A stretch of 64,000 nt of DNA from Rhabdothermincola salaria (lineage in GTDB: Bacteria > Actinomycetota > Acidimicrobiia > Acidimicrobiales > Acidimicrobilacustridaceae): positions 1,940,168-2,004,167 of the forward strand of contig NZ_JAJQXW010000001.1 in assembly GCF_021246445.1 (NCBI RefSeq), given 5' to 3'. A program made the position numbers and the translations under genes. This document shows, piece by piece, positions 19,713-30,098 of this stretch. The number at the start of each line of letters is the position of its first letter. The first letter of the stretch is position 1. The notes below the pieces were generated by a model that saw only the letters and a list, made by a program, of their open reading frames with translations, was not told where the DNA came from and ran no database searches.

Positions 19713-19958
19713 GACCCCTCCCGGGCCCGGCTGCGCTCCGATGCCGCTTGCGTCCACACCCCGAGCCTTGCACCGCCGCCCGGCGGGCGCCGGGGGACCG
19801 GGTCCCGGAGGGCGTCGCCATGGGTCCCAGGCCGACTGGGTCGCGCGCACCGGGCCGTTCGGACCAGGTCGGTGGCGTCGGGTACGGCATTCCCGCCCGG
19901 GCGCCGTGGGGGCAGGGAGCGAGGGCCCGCCCGACCGGCGGCGAGCGCGCCGCAGGCC

Positions 19959-20618
19959 TCAGTCGAAGACGAGGTCGTCGCGCAAGGAGCGCTTGATCTC
20001 GGCGAAGCCAGGCGTGGCCGCCAGGAGGCGCACGGCGTCCCAGAGACGCACCGCGTCCTCGCCCTTGGGGGCCTGGGAGATGACGGGGCCGAACAGCGAG
20101 TTCTCGCGCTCTGTGCCGGGGTCGAAGGTGAGCAACGGCGTGCCCACGTCGCGTCCGGTGCGACCGAGCGCGGTGTCGGCCTCCTCGCGGAGGACGTCGT
20201 CGAGCGAGGCGTCGTCGGCTGCGGCCGCCAGCCCGGGCGGCAGACCGACCTCGGCGAGGACCTCGGCGACGAGGTCGTCGGGGATGGGCTGGCCCTTCCA
20301 GATGGCGGTGCTCAGCCCGCCGGGGTGCAGGCGGGTGCCGGCCGCGGTGTAGAAGTCGGCGATCACGTCCTCGCCGTGCTCCCGGCGAGCGGCCGCCGCC
20401 ACCCGCAGCAGGTCGCGGCCCAGACCGTGCAACGCCGGGTAGGCAGGCGGGAACTCGGCCCCGTAGTCCTTGCCCTCGTTGACGACGGCGAGCGCGATGA
20501 AGCGCCAGCGCACCCGGTAGTCACGGCGCGCGGCGACCTCGGTGACCCACCGGCTGGTGACCCATGCGAAGGGGCAGATGGGATCGAAGAAGAACTCGAG
20601 GTCGGGGCGCTCGCTCAT
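19959..20618 (-). CDS. DsbA-like thioredoxin-fold protein (Rv2466c-like)
   Basis: 'FFFDPICPFAWVTSRW', 'DVGTP', 'FGPVIS' and 'PGFAEIKRS'. Confidence 0.85.
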   Translation of the reverse strand: MSERPDLEFFFDPICPFAWVTSRWVTEVAARRDYRVRWRFIALAVVNEGKDYGAEFPPAYPALHGLGRDLLRVAAAARREHGEDVIADFYTAAGTRLHPGGLSTAIWKGQPIPDDLVAEVLAEVGLPPGLAAAADDASLDDVLREEADTALGRTGRDVGTPLLTFDPGTERENSLFGPVISQAPKGEDAVRLWDAVRLLAATPGFAEIKRSLRDDLVFD

Positions 20619-20711
20619 GGGCTCCACCCTACGGAGCGCTCCGCCCACCACCACGACCTGGGACCCCATCGATCGTGGCCGGCGCCGAGTCGGTGCCGAG
20701 GCGACGCCGCG

Positions 20712-21239
20712 TCAGTCGGGGCGCCGCTCGAGGTCGCGGTAGGTGATGTCGGTGCGGTCCCTTGCCCCGACGGTGAAGTCGTCCTCGAAGACGAACCGGG
20801 CGCCGGCGTCGAAGGGCACCTCGTAGGTCCAGTCGAAGGCGCACACCCGGTGGGCGATGCGCCAGGAGCCGTCGCGCCGTTCGAAGCGGTCGACGTAGCG
20901 CAGGGCCAGGATCATGTCGGTGGCCCGGCCGTCGTCGTCGGGGCGGCTGAGGTGGTGGGCGATGCAGTAGGTGTCCACCTGGGCCACGTCGCCCTCGATG
21001 CTGCGGAAGTGCGGATCACCGATGAAGTGGTGGGTAGCGGCGAAGTGCGGGAGCACCTCCACCACCCAGCGGGCGAACTCGGTGCCCGTGCCCCGGAACG
21101 AGTTGTGGTCGTCGTAGCCGTCGGGGTGGTAGCTCGACGCCATCAGCTCCTCGTCGAGGCGGTCGGTGCCCCGGGCCAGTCGCTTGACGACGTCGCGGAT
21201 CTCTTCACGGGCGAGCAGCTCGTCGAGGTCCATGCTCAA
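20712..21239 (-). CDS. NTF2/SnoaL-like protein
   Basis: 'LLAREEIRDVVKRLARGTDRLD' and 'RYVDRFERRDGSWRIAHR'. Confidence 0.85.
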   Translation of the reverse strand: MSMDLDELLAREEIRDVVKRLARGTDRLDEELMASSYHPDGYDDHNSFRGTGTEFARWVVEVLPHFAATHHFIGDPHFRSIEGDVAQVDTYCIAHHLSRPDDDGRATDMILALRYVDRFERRDGSWRIAHRVCAFDWTYEVPFDAGARFVFEDDFTVGARDRTDITYRDLERRPD

Positions 21240-22561
21240 CCGCCCAGGGGCTGCATCTGGCTGGGTGAGATGCCCAGGTAGCGCTCGAGGTTGCGGTGCA
21301 GGTTGATGGCCCGCACCTCCTCGCTGCTCATCACCACGTGGGTGGGCCGTGCCTGGTGCATGCCCCGCTGGATGCCCTCGAGCAGCTCCACGTCCTGGCC
21401 GATGACCAACCCGAGCGGTGTGCCCGCCGGTAGGGACATCTCCTCGACACGCGTACGGGGCGAACCCTCCGGGCGCCGGTGCAGCAGGAACATCACCAGG
21501 TGGGCGTCGTCGGGGGTGGCGCCGGGGCGGGCGATCAACACGTTGACCATGTCACCCCAGATCAACACGGTGGCGTTGGGGAACAGGTTGTACTGCGACA
21601 GGTTCATGATCTCGTCGACCGTGTAGCCCGACATGTCGACCCCTCGGGCCGCCTGCACGTCGCGCACCCGCTGGGCGAACACGTCGCGAAGAGTCTGACC
21701 CTCGGGGATCTCCGGCAGCGGATCGCCGTCGGCGGCCCCGAAGCGGGCTCCCTGGGTGGCCACCATGCCCTCCCACACCTGCTCGTCGGTGACATCGCGC
21801 AGCCGCGGGCTGGGCAGGCCGTACTGCTGGTAGCAGACCCCGGTGTGGGTCCACAGCCGCTGCGGCGAGTGGATGTCGTCGATGGTGGGCAGCATCTCGG
21901 GGTGGATGCCCTGCACGTGGTAGATCTCCGAGAAACCCTCGGCCACCACCTTCCAGTTGGCCGGGGCGGGCACCGAGATGGCGGCATCGGCATGGAACTC
22001 CATGAGCCCGGCCCAGTCGGCGTCATGCCACATGCCGTCCATGTACTCGGGCAGCGCCATGGCCTCCGGGTCGGGGTTCACGAAGACCAGAGGCCCCCAG
22101 GTGTCCACCCGGGCGGGGGCCAGACCGTGGTCTTCGGTGCGGAACCCGGCGCCGAACCCCTTGCGGGAGGGCACCTCGCGCAGGGTGCCGTCGAAGTCCC
22201 ACGCCCACCGGTGGAACGGGCAGCGCAGCTCCTCGAGGCCCGAACCGGCCCCGGTGCAGATGGCCGAGGCCCGGTGGGGGCAGCTGTTGAGGAACGCCCG
22301 CAGCTCGCCGTCGTCGCCCCGCACGACGAGCACCGAGAGGTTGCCGGTCACGTACTCGAAGAAGTCGCCGGGCTCGGGCACGTGGTCGATGGTGCAGGCG
22401 ATCTGCCAGGCGAAGGGCCACATGCGCTCGGCCTCCATGGCCGCGAACGTGGTCGAGGTGTAGCGCTCGCGGGGGATGCGCACCGGCGCCACCGACGGGG
22501 TGATGGTGGTGTCGACGAGGTCGGGGTCGGACAGTCCGGTCACAGGGTGGCCGATGGCCAT
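21236..22561 (-). CDS. Rieske non-heme iron oxygenase alpha subunit
   Basis: Rieske motif NSCPHR...RCPFHRW and mononuclear Fe motif 'NWK..EGFSEIYHVQGIH'. GAGGAG RBS. Confidence 0.92.
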   Translation of the reverse strand: MAIGHPVTGLSDPDLVDTTITPSVAPVRIPRERYTSTTFAAMEAERMWPFAWQIACTIDHVPEPGDFFEYVTGNLSVLVVRGDDGELRAFLNSCPHRASAICTGAGSGLEELRCPFHRWAWDFDGTLREVPSRKGFGAGFRTEDHGLAPARVDTWGPLVFVNPDPEAMALPEYMDGMWHDADWAGLMEFHADAAISVPAPANWKVVAEGFSEIYHVQGIHPEMLPTIDDIHSPQRLWTHTGVCYQQYGLPSPRLRDVTDEQVWEGMVATQGARFGAADGDPLPEIPEGQTLRDVFAQRVRDVQAARGVDMSGYTVDEIMNLSQYNLFPNATVLIWGDMVNVLIARPGATPDDAHLVMFLLHRRPEGSPRTRVEEMSLPAGTPLGLVIGQDVELLEGIQRGMHQARPTHVVMSSEEVRAINLHRNLERYLGISPSQMQPLGG

Positions 22562-22834
22562 GGCAGCGCTCCTCGGAGAAGGCAGGCCCGCCGCGCGGGC
22601 GGACCGTCGGACACGGATCACCGAGGGACCTTCAGCGCGCATCCGAGCCCCCCGGCGATGCGTTCGTCGCCACCTTGCCACACCCCTCGGCGCACCCGCC
22701 CGCCGGGCGGTCCGGGCCGCGGGACCCGACACCCCCGCTGATACCGTCGTCATCGTCGCCGGTGGCCCGACCGGCACCCCTTTCGCTCCACGGCCCGTCT
22801 CGGCCGTGTGCGTGCCCGGGAGGCGCGTCGTCCC

Positions 22835-24094
<1,260 letters not shown>

Positions 24095-24171
24095 ACGCCG
24101 GACCAGGGCGGCCGGCCGGGCGCGCCCGGCCGCGGCGACACACCAATCCGCCGGGTCCGACCCCTCGAGGG

Positions 24172-25593
24172 TCAGAGCGGGGGCGGGCCCAGCAGGGTGG
24201 CGACCACGCGGCCGTCGCGGAACACGGTGATGTCGCCGTCGGCCGACACCTTCAGCACCACCATGGCCGTCTTCGACAGCGACTTGGCCGCCGCAGTGCG
24301 GGCCCCCTCGTGCTCGCTGTCGGCGCTGTCGACGATGGCGCCGTAGGCCAGCAGGCGACCGTCGCGGTCGACGATCGTGGCCCCGTCGAGCAGGGCCAGG
24401 CGGGCGAGGGTGACGTCGTCGATGTCCTTGGCGTCGATGAGGTGGTGCAGCTTCGTCTCGGGGCGCATGGCCAGCGGATCGACGTCGTCGCGCAGGTCGT
24501 AGCGGTCCTTGAGCGGCACCGTGCCGTCGATGGCCGAGGCGTCGTCGACGATGGCCAGGATGGCCCCACCGCGGTCGCCCGAGACGATGAAGGCGGCGTC
24601 GACGACGATGCCCGCCGCCTCACCGCCGCCGATCATGCGCTCGACGAGCGCCGCCAGCTGCAACGGGAACGCCGACCAGTGCTCGCCTCGGCGCACCAGG
24701 AACGGACGGCCCGAGAGGAAGGTCCAGATGCTGCGATCGGCCCGGAGGAAGAAGCCGAGCCCACCGAGACGGCGGCTGGCCGCAGCCACCAGCGAGCCGC
24801 TCTCGACCAGGGCGACGCTGCGCCGGGGGCTGGCCATGCGCCGCCCGGCCGGACTCAACGCCGGCTCGAGGGTGACGTCGTCGGTGGCCAGGCGGTCGAT
24901 GCGATGCCACTGCAGCTCGGTGCGGGCGTGGCCGTGGCCGTCGACGACCAGCACGGACCGCTGCCCGTCGAACAGCAACGGGGCCCGCTTGGCGGCGCGC
25001 ACGTCGGCCGGGTAGTCGAACAGCAGCCGCGGATCCTCCTCCAAGACGTCGGCGATCAGCACCCCGTGGGTGAGGTCGTGGGACTCGACCCGGGTGGAGC
25101 TGAGCTCGACCAGGTACTCGATGACCTCGCCCACCAGCGCGGCCTTGTGGGCCTGGTCGGCGGAGGACGGCACGTAGTCGGCCAGCACCTCGGCGGCCAC
25201 GACGTCGCGCAGCGCCCGTCGCACGGCCGGGTCGAGCCGACCGGTGACGGGGTCGACGGCCGTGCCCCGGAACCGCTCCGCGGCCCGCAGGCCCGCTGCC
25301 GGGAGGCCGCCGAGCATCTCCATGAGGGGTTCGGACCCCTCCTGGAGCAGACCGGCGATGCGCTCGTCGAGGCACACGGTGCAGGTGGTCTCCCAGCCGT
25401 CGGGGCCCGACGCGGTGGCGCTGACGGACCCGGGGCCCTCGAGGCCCGTGTGGGAGTCCTCGCCCGGGTGCTGGTGCGACAGCCCGACCGACGCCCCGAA
25501 CATCACCCCGGCGAGGACGCGCGTGACCGCCTCGCCCACCGGGTCCGGGGGCTCGACGTGCGGCTGGGAGGTGTCGATGTCGGCTGCGGTCAC
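24172..25593 (-). CDS. Diadenylate cyclase (DisA_N/DAC) domain protein with long N-terminal region
   Basis: C-terminal 'GGAILAIV...LARLALLDGATIVDRDGRLLAYGAIV...EGARTAAAKSLS..VLKVSADGDITVF'. GTG 25593 lies 6 nt after a CAGACT -10-like hexamer. Confidence 0.75.
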   Translation of the reverse strand: MTAADIDTSQPHVEPPDPVGEAVTRVLAGVMFGASVGLSHQHPGEDSHTGLEGPGSVSATASGPDGWETTCTVCLDERIAGLLQEGSEPLMEMLGGLPAAGLRAAERFRGTAVDPVTGRLDPAVRRALRDVVAAEVLADYVPSSADQAHKAALVGEVIEYLVELSSTRVESHDLTHGVLIADVLEEDPRLLFDYPADVRAAKRAPLLFDGQRSVLVVDGHGHARTELQWHRIDRLATDDVTLEPALSPAGRRMASPRRSVALVESGSLVAAASRRLGGLGFFLRADRSIWTFLSGRPFLVRRGEHWSAFPLQLAALVERMIGGGEAAGIVVDAAFIVSGDRGGAILAIVDDASAIDGTVPLKDRYDLRDDVDPLAMRPETKLHHLIDAKDIDDVTLARLALLDGATIVDRDGRLLAYGAIVDSADSEHEGARTAAAKSLSKTAMVVLKVSADGDITVFRDGRVVATLLGPPPL

Positions 25594-25709
25594 CCCCTCA
25601 GTCTGCCGAACCGACCGCCGGTTCTGACGGGTCGAGGCGAGACGGCCGGCGGGACGCGATCGGCGCCACGCTCCGCGCAAGCCGGGAGCCAGGCGCCTGG
25701 CTCGGGGCG

Positions 25710-26636
25710 TCAGTCGAGAGCGCCGCTGGCCGAGGTGACCTCGATGAGCTCGAGGCACTCGCCGTCGGGGCCGGGCCAGAAGAGCACCCGCAGCAGCGGG
25801 AGGTCGTCGCCCACCGACAGCTCTCCGGTGGGGGCGAAGGGCTCGCTGCCGGCGGCGCGCACCACGGCTTCGTCGCGGGCGCAGTCGTCGGTCGACCACG
25901 CCATGCGGAACAGACCCAGCTCGTTGGCTCCCCGCACCCGTCGGTCGCCGCTCGTGGGCGCCACCGGTCGGTGCCACTGCACGAGCGACACCCCGAACTG
26001 CGAACCGCTGTCGGCCACGTCGGCCCGGCTGTACTCGACCGCGCCCTCGACACCGAAGAGCGACCCGTCAGCCGACGCCCCCTCCCAACGGCCCACCAGC
26101 CGCAGCCCGAGCACGTCGAGGTAGTAGGAGAGCGACTCGTCGAGGTCGACGGTGTTGACGACCACGCGGGCGATGCGGGTGTCGTCGCCGTCCTCGAGCT
26201 GCACGGCCACGCCATCGGGATCGGCGACCATGGCCGTGGGCACCGACGCCCCCTCGGGGTCGACGACCGGGGACGGCCCGGCGAGGAGCCGCCCCCCATG
26301 GGCGGTCACGGCGTCGAGGACCTGGTCGAGCTCGGGCACGGTGAGCACCAGCCGGGAGAAGCCCGGTTCCCACATGGTGGCCGGCGAGGCGCCGGTGGGC
26401 GGCGGCACCGTCCACTGCAACAGGTCCAACGACAGACCGTCGTAGCCACAGTCGCCCTGGAGCATCCAGGCGTCCCAGGCCACCTCGTCCAGACCGAAGG
26501 CGCTACCGGGCTGGGGCCGGCTCGGCACCGTGCGGGTGACCGGCTGCAACCCCAACGCCTCGTAGAACGCCACGGACCGGGCGAGGTCCGTGCAGTTGGA
26601 GTTGACGTGGTAGATGCGAGAACCCCCGATGGCCAT
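25710..26636 (-). CDS. VOC/glyoxalase family protein (two domains)
   Basis: 'IYHVNSNCTDLARSVAFYEALG', 'DPDGVAVQL' and 'GPDGECLELIE'. Confidence 0.85.
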   Translation of the reverse strand: MAIGGSRIYHVNSNCTDLARSVAFYEALGLQPVTRTVPSRPQPGSAFGLDEVAWDAWMLQGDCGYDGLSLDLLQWTVPPPTGASPATMWEPGFSRLVLTVPELDQVLDAVTAHGGRLLAGPSPVVDPEGASVPTAMVADPDGVAVQLEDGDDTRIARVVVNTVDLDESLSYYLDVLGLRLVGRWEGASADGSLFGVEGAVEYSRADVADSGSQFGVSLVQWHRPVAPTSGDRRVRGANELGLFRMAWSTDDCARDEAVVRAAGSEPFAPTGELSVGDDLPLLRVLFWPGPDGECLELIEVTSASGALD

Positions 26637-26761
26637 GGCCCAACCGTAGGCCGATGGCCCAGCCCCGTGTCCGCCACCGCAGGCCGCGACATCTCCGACT
26701 CCCCCGGCCCACGTCCACTAACGTCTCGTTCGACTCGCCCCCGGACACTTCGAGGTCACAC

Positions 26762-27799
26762 ATGTTGCGCCCCCTTGCCAAGGTGGGAGCGGCTGCGGCC
26801 GTCCTCGCCGCCGCCACCCTTTTCTCCGCCTCCCCCGTCTCCTCCCAGGACTCGGGCCCGGCCATGGGCTACACCCTCCTCACGCAGGGAGGGGAGGTGC
26901 GGGACTGCCGGCTGGCCACCATCGACCTGACCACCGCCGAGGTCAACGCGCTCCCCGCCGCGTTCAGCGGGAACGCCTGCGTCAACGACCTGGCCGTCGC
27001 CCCTGACGGCACCGTGTGGGGCATCAGGGAGGGGCGGCGCCTCGCCCTCGCCGACGCCTCGTTCGCCCCTCAAGCCGAGTCACCGCTGTCCCTCGTCGCC
27101 TTCGACCCCACCACCGGCGCGGTCACCAACACGGTCACCATCGACATCCCGGGCCCCGACGGCAACGCCTTCCTCCCCGAGGGCGGCCTGGCCATCACCC
27201 CCGACGGCACGGTGTGGGCGCTCTTCGCCGCCGACGCCTGCGACGACGGGAACCAGAACTGCCTGTGGACCATCGATCCGTCCACCGGGTCGGCCACCCT
27301 CGTCGGGGAGACCGGCACGCTCGAAGAGGAGATGTTCGGGCTGGCCGCCTGCTCGGCCGGCGTGGTGACACTCACGATCGACGGTCGCAACGGCCCCACA
27401 TCCGTGCCCGCCTTCGTCCCGAACCCGGACGTGGGCTTCCTCGACCCGGCCACCGGCCTGCTCACCGAGGGCCCGGCCATCGCCGACACCGTGGTGGGCT
27501 ACGACTGCAGCGGCAGCGCCGGCTGGGCGCTCACCGGGGCGTCCATCATCGAAGACCGGTCCGTGCCCCAAGCCGTGAACGCGACGCTCACCAGCTTCGA
27601 CCCCGCCACCGGCGCGCTCTCCGAGATCGCCGCAGTGAACCCAGCTGAGTCCGACGTCGTCCTGCTGGCCGTGGCCCCCACCGTCCCGCCGCCCCCCAGC
27701 ACCACCACCACGACGGAGGCGGCCCCGGCCACCACCTCGGCCCCGACCACCACCTCGGCAGCGTCGCCGGCCGTCGTCACCCCCCGCTTCACCGGCTGA
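26762..27799 (+). CDS. Secreted putative beta-propeller protein with C-terminal VTPRFTG motif
   Basis: Sec signal peptide. Blade-like repeats (LAVAPDGTVW/LAITPDGTVW; FDPTTGA/IDPSTGS/LDPATGL/FDPATGA), 6 Cys, and a Thr/Pro linker before AASPAVVTPRFTG-stop. Confidence 0.85.
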   Translation: MLRPLAKVGAAAAVLAAATLFSASPVSSQDSGPAMGYTLLTQGGEVRDCRLATIDLTTAEVNALPAAFSGNACVNDLAVAPDGTVWGIREGRRLALADASFAPQAESPLSLVAFDPTTGAVTNTVTIDIPGPDGNAFLPEGGLAITPDGTVWALFAADACDDGNQNCLWTIDPSTGSATLVGETGTLEEEMFGLAACSAGVVTLTIDGRNGPTSVPAFVPNPDVGFLDPATGLLTEGPAIADTVVGYDCSGSAGWALTGASIIEDRSVPQAVNATLTSFDPATGALSEIAAVNPAESDVVLLAVAPTVPPPPSTTTTTEAAPATTSAPTTTSAASPAVVTPRFTG

Positions 27800-27839
27800 C
27801 CCAGACCCTCCCGGCCCCACCGGCCGGTTGCCAGCACTC

Positions 27840-27868
27840 CGAGGGCCGGTCGCCACGACCGGCCCTCG
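27840..27868. terminator. Hairpin terminator between convergent genes
   Basis: CGAGGGCCGGTCG-CCA-CGACCGGCCCTCG, 13-bp stem. Confidence 0.7.
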
Positions 27869-27941
27869 TCGCGTCCGGCTTCTTCTCCTGCGGCATCGTC
27901 TGGTACCGACCTGGCGGCCACCGCCTGGACCCGGGGCGGGC

Positions 27942-28790
27942 CTAGTCGAGCGTCGGTGACGCGGGCAGGCGCAGAGCCTGCATGTCGTCGTGGCGGCCGC
28001 GGATCTGGTCGTGGTAGCTGGGCTTGGTGGGGATCCAGAAGCGGTCGGCCCGCACGGCGTCGAGGACCAGGTCGGCGACCTCGTCGGGAGCCATGCCCGA
28101 CGCGGTGGAGTCGCGGATGGCGGCGTCGACGAATTCGGCGTCGGGCGTGGGGTCGGGACGGAGCCGGTCGACGAAGCGCTCGGGCCGGTTGCGGCCCGAG
28201 GTGCCGATGCCGGTGGCCACCAGGCTCGGCACCAGGCACGACACGCCGATGGGCGCGCCCACCGAGGCCAGGTCGTGGGCCAGGCACTCGGTGAGGCCCA
28301 CCGCCGCGAACTTCGAGCCGTAGTAGGGCCCGGAGTACGCGTTGGTGACCAGGCCGCCCATGGAGGCCGTGGTCACCACGTGCCCGGGCTCGCCACCAGC
28401 GAGCATCCGGGGGACGAACGAGCGGATGGCGTGCACGATGCCGAAGTAGTTGACGCCCATCGTCCACTCGAAGTCGGCGACGGTGCGCTCCCACACCAAC
28501 CCGCCGGTGAACACCCCCGCGTTGGCGCACACCAGGTGCACCCCGCCGAACTCGGTGTACGCCGTCTCGGCCAGCATCTCCACGTCGGAGGCCGACGACA
28601 CGTCGGTGCGCACCCCGATCGCGGTCGCGCCACCATCGGCCAGGGCGGCCACGGTGGCGTCGAGCGCCGGCTGCTCGATGTCGGCCGCCACCACCCGCAT
28701 GCCCTCGCCGGCGAACCTCTGGGCCATCGCCTGCCCCATGCCGCTGCCGGCACCGGTGACGACGGCGACCCTTCCTTCGAGTTGATCCAT
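27942..28790 (-). CDS. SDR family oxidoreductase
   Basis: TGAGSGMG, NAG and YYGSK (YxxxK). Confidence 0.92.
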   Translation of the reverse strand: MDQLEGRVAVVTGAGSGMGQAMAQRFAGEGMRVVAADIEQPALDATVAALADGGATAIGVRTDVSSASDVEMLAETAYTEFGGVHLVCANAGVFTGGLVWERTVADFEWTMGVNYFGIVHAIRSFVPRMLAGGEPGHVVTTASMGGLVTNAYSGPYYGSKFAAVGLTECLAHDLASVGAPIGVSCLVPSLVATGIGTSGRNRPERFVDRLRPDPTPDAEFVDAAIRDSTASGMAPDEVADLVLDAVRADRFWIPTKPSYHDQIRGRHDDMQALRLPASPTLD

Positions 28791-28832
28791 GCGGGGCACG
28801 CTACGTGGCTCGGCGCCACGGCGCGGCCGACC

Positions 28833-30098
28833 TCAGAACGCCTCGGGATCCTCCTGCACCGACTCGGGCACGGGGAACCGGTAGAGGTCGGCGGCGTTGG
28901 CCCAGGTGATGCGACGGACGTCGTCGGCGGGGAGGTCGCCGATCTCGCGGTGCACGATCTCCTGGGTGTTGGGCCAGGTGGAGTCGCAGTGCGGGTAGTC
29001 GCTCTCCAGCAGGATGTTCTCGACCCCGATGCGCTCGCGCTGCACGAACGACGAGGGATCCTCCACCGCACAGAACCAGAAGTTGCGCTTCAGGACCTCG
29101 GCCGGGGTGAGGTCGGTGCCGGTCCAGGTGCCGTACATGTCGTGGTAGCCGAGCATGTGGTCGAGGCGGTCCATGAGCCCGGCCACCCAGCCGATGCCGC
29201 CCTCGCTCATGCAGAGCTTGAGGTCCGGGAACCGCACCGGAAGCATCGAGTACAGCCAGTCGATGGCCGCGAACATGGCGTAGCCGAAGAACAGCACGCC
29301 CACCGTGTCGGGCGGGGCGTCGGGGGCGGTGGCCGGCGAGGTGCCCGACGAGCCGATGTGGAGGTTCACGACCGTGCCCGTCTCGGCGCAGGCGGCCATG
29401 AGCGGGTCCCAGTGTCCGGAGTGCAGCGTGGGCAGGCCCAGCATGTGGGGGGCCTCGCTGAAGGTGATGGCCTTGAAGCCCCGCTCGGCGTTGCGGCGCA
29501 CCTCGTCGGCGGCCACCTCGGGATCGAGCAGCCACGGGATCTGACAGGGGATGATGCGGTCGGGGTGCGACCCGGCCCACGACTCGATGTGCCAGTCGTT
29601 CCAGGCCCGCACGGTGGCCATGGCCAGCTCGGTGTCCTTGGTGGTCAGCTGGAGGCGCTGGCCGGCGAACCCGGGCAGGAACGACGGGAAGTTGACGCTG
29701 GCGTACACGCCGTTGAGGTCCATGTCGGCGATGCGGGCGTCGATGTCCCAGGCGCCGCGGCGCATCTCGTCGAAGCGGGCCGGTTCGAACGAGTACTCGC
29801 TGACCGGGCGACCCACCACGGCGTTGAAGCCCACGTTGGGGAACTCCTGGCCGTCGTAGACCCACACCTCGGCCCCGTCGTCCTTCTCCACGATCTTGGG
29901 TGCCCGGTCGGCCAGCGCCGCCGGCACCCGTCCGTCGAAGGTGTCGGGCGGCTCGACGATGTGGTCGTCGGCCGAGATGATCGTGTAGCGGCGGGCCCGC
30001 CGTTCGGGCTCGGGCAGGAACGTGACCGAACCGGTCTTGGACTTGCCGCCGGTGGTGAAATCGGCGTTGGCGGCCAGATCGTCGATGCTGATGCTCAT
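28833..30098 (-). CDS. Amidohydrolase_2 family protein
   Basis: 'ISADDHIVEP', 'NLHIG', 'SEGGIGW' and 'ESDYPHCDSTWP'. Confidence 0.9.
   Translation of the reverse strand: MSISIDDLAANADFTTGGKSKTGSVTFLPEPERRARRYTIISADDHIVEPPDTFDGRVPAALADRAPKIVEKDDGAEVWVYDGQEFPNVGFNAVVGRPVSEYSFEPARFDEMRRGAWDIDARIADMDLNGVYASVNFPSFLPGFAGQRLQLTTKDTELAMATVRAWNDWHIESWAGSHPDRIIPCQIPWLLDPEVAADEVRRNAERGFKAITFSEAPHMLGLPTLHSGHWDPLMAACAETGTVVNLHIGSSGTSPATAPDAPPDTVGVLFFGYAMFAAIDWLYSMLPVRFPDLKLCMSEGGIGWVAGLMDRLDHMLGYHDMYGTWTGTDLTPAEVLKRNFWFCAVEDPSSFVQRERIGVENILLESDYPHCDSTWPNTQEIVHREIGDLPADDVRRITWANAADLYRFPVPESVQEDPEAF

Noticed and set aside
27800..27940. PRFTG proteins as truncated or read-through LPxTG sortase substrates
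   Set aside because: The in-frame sequence after both stop codons encodes no hydrophobic helix, terminator hairpins follow, and the stop falls at the same motif position in two independent genes.
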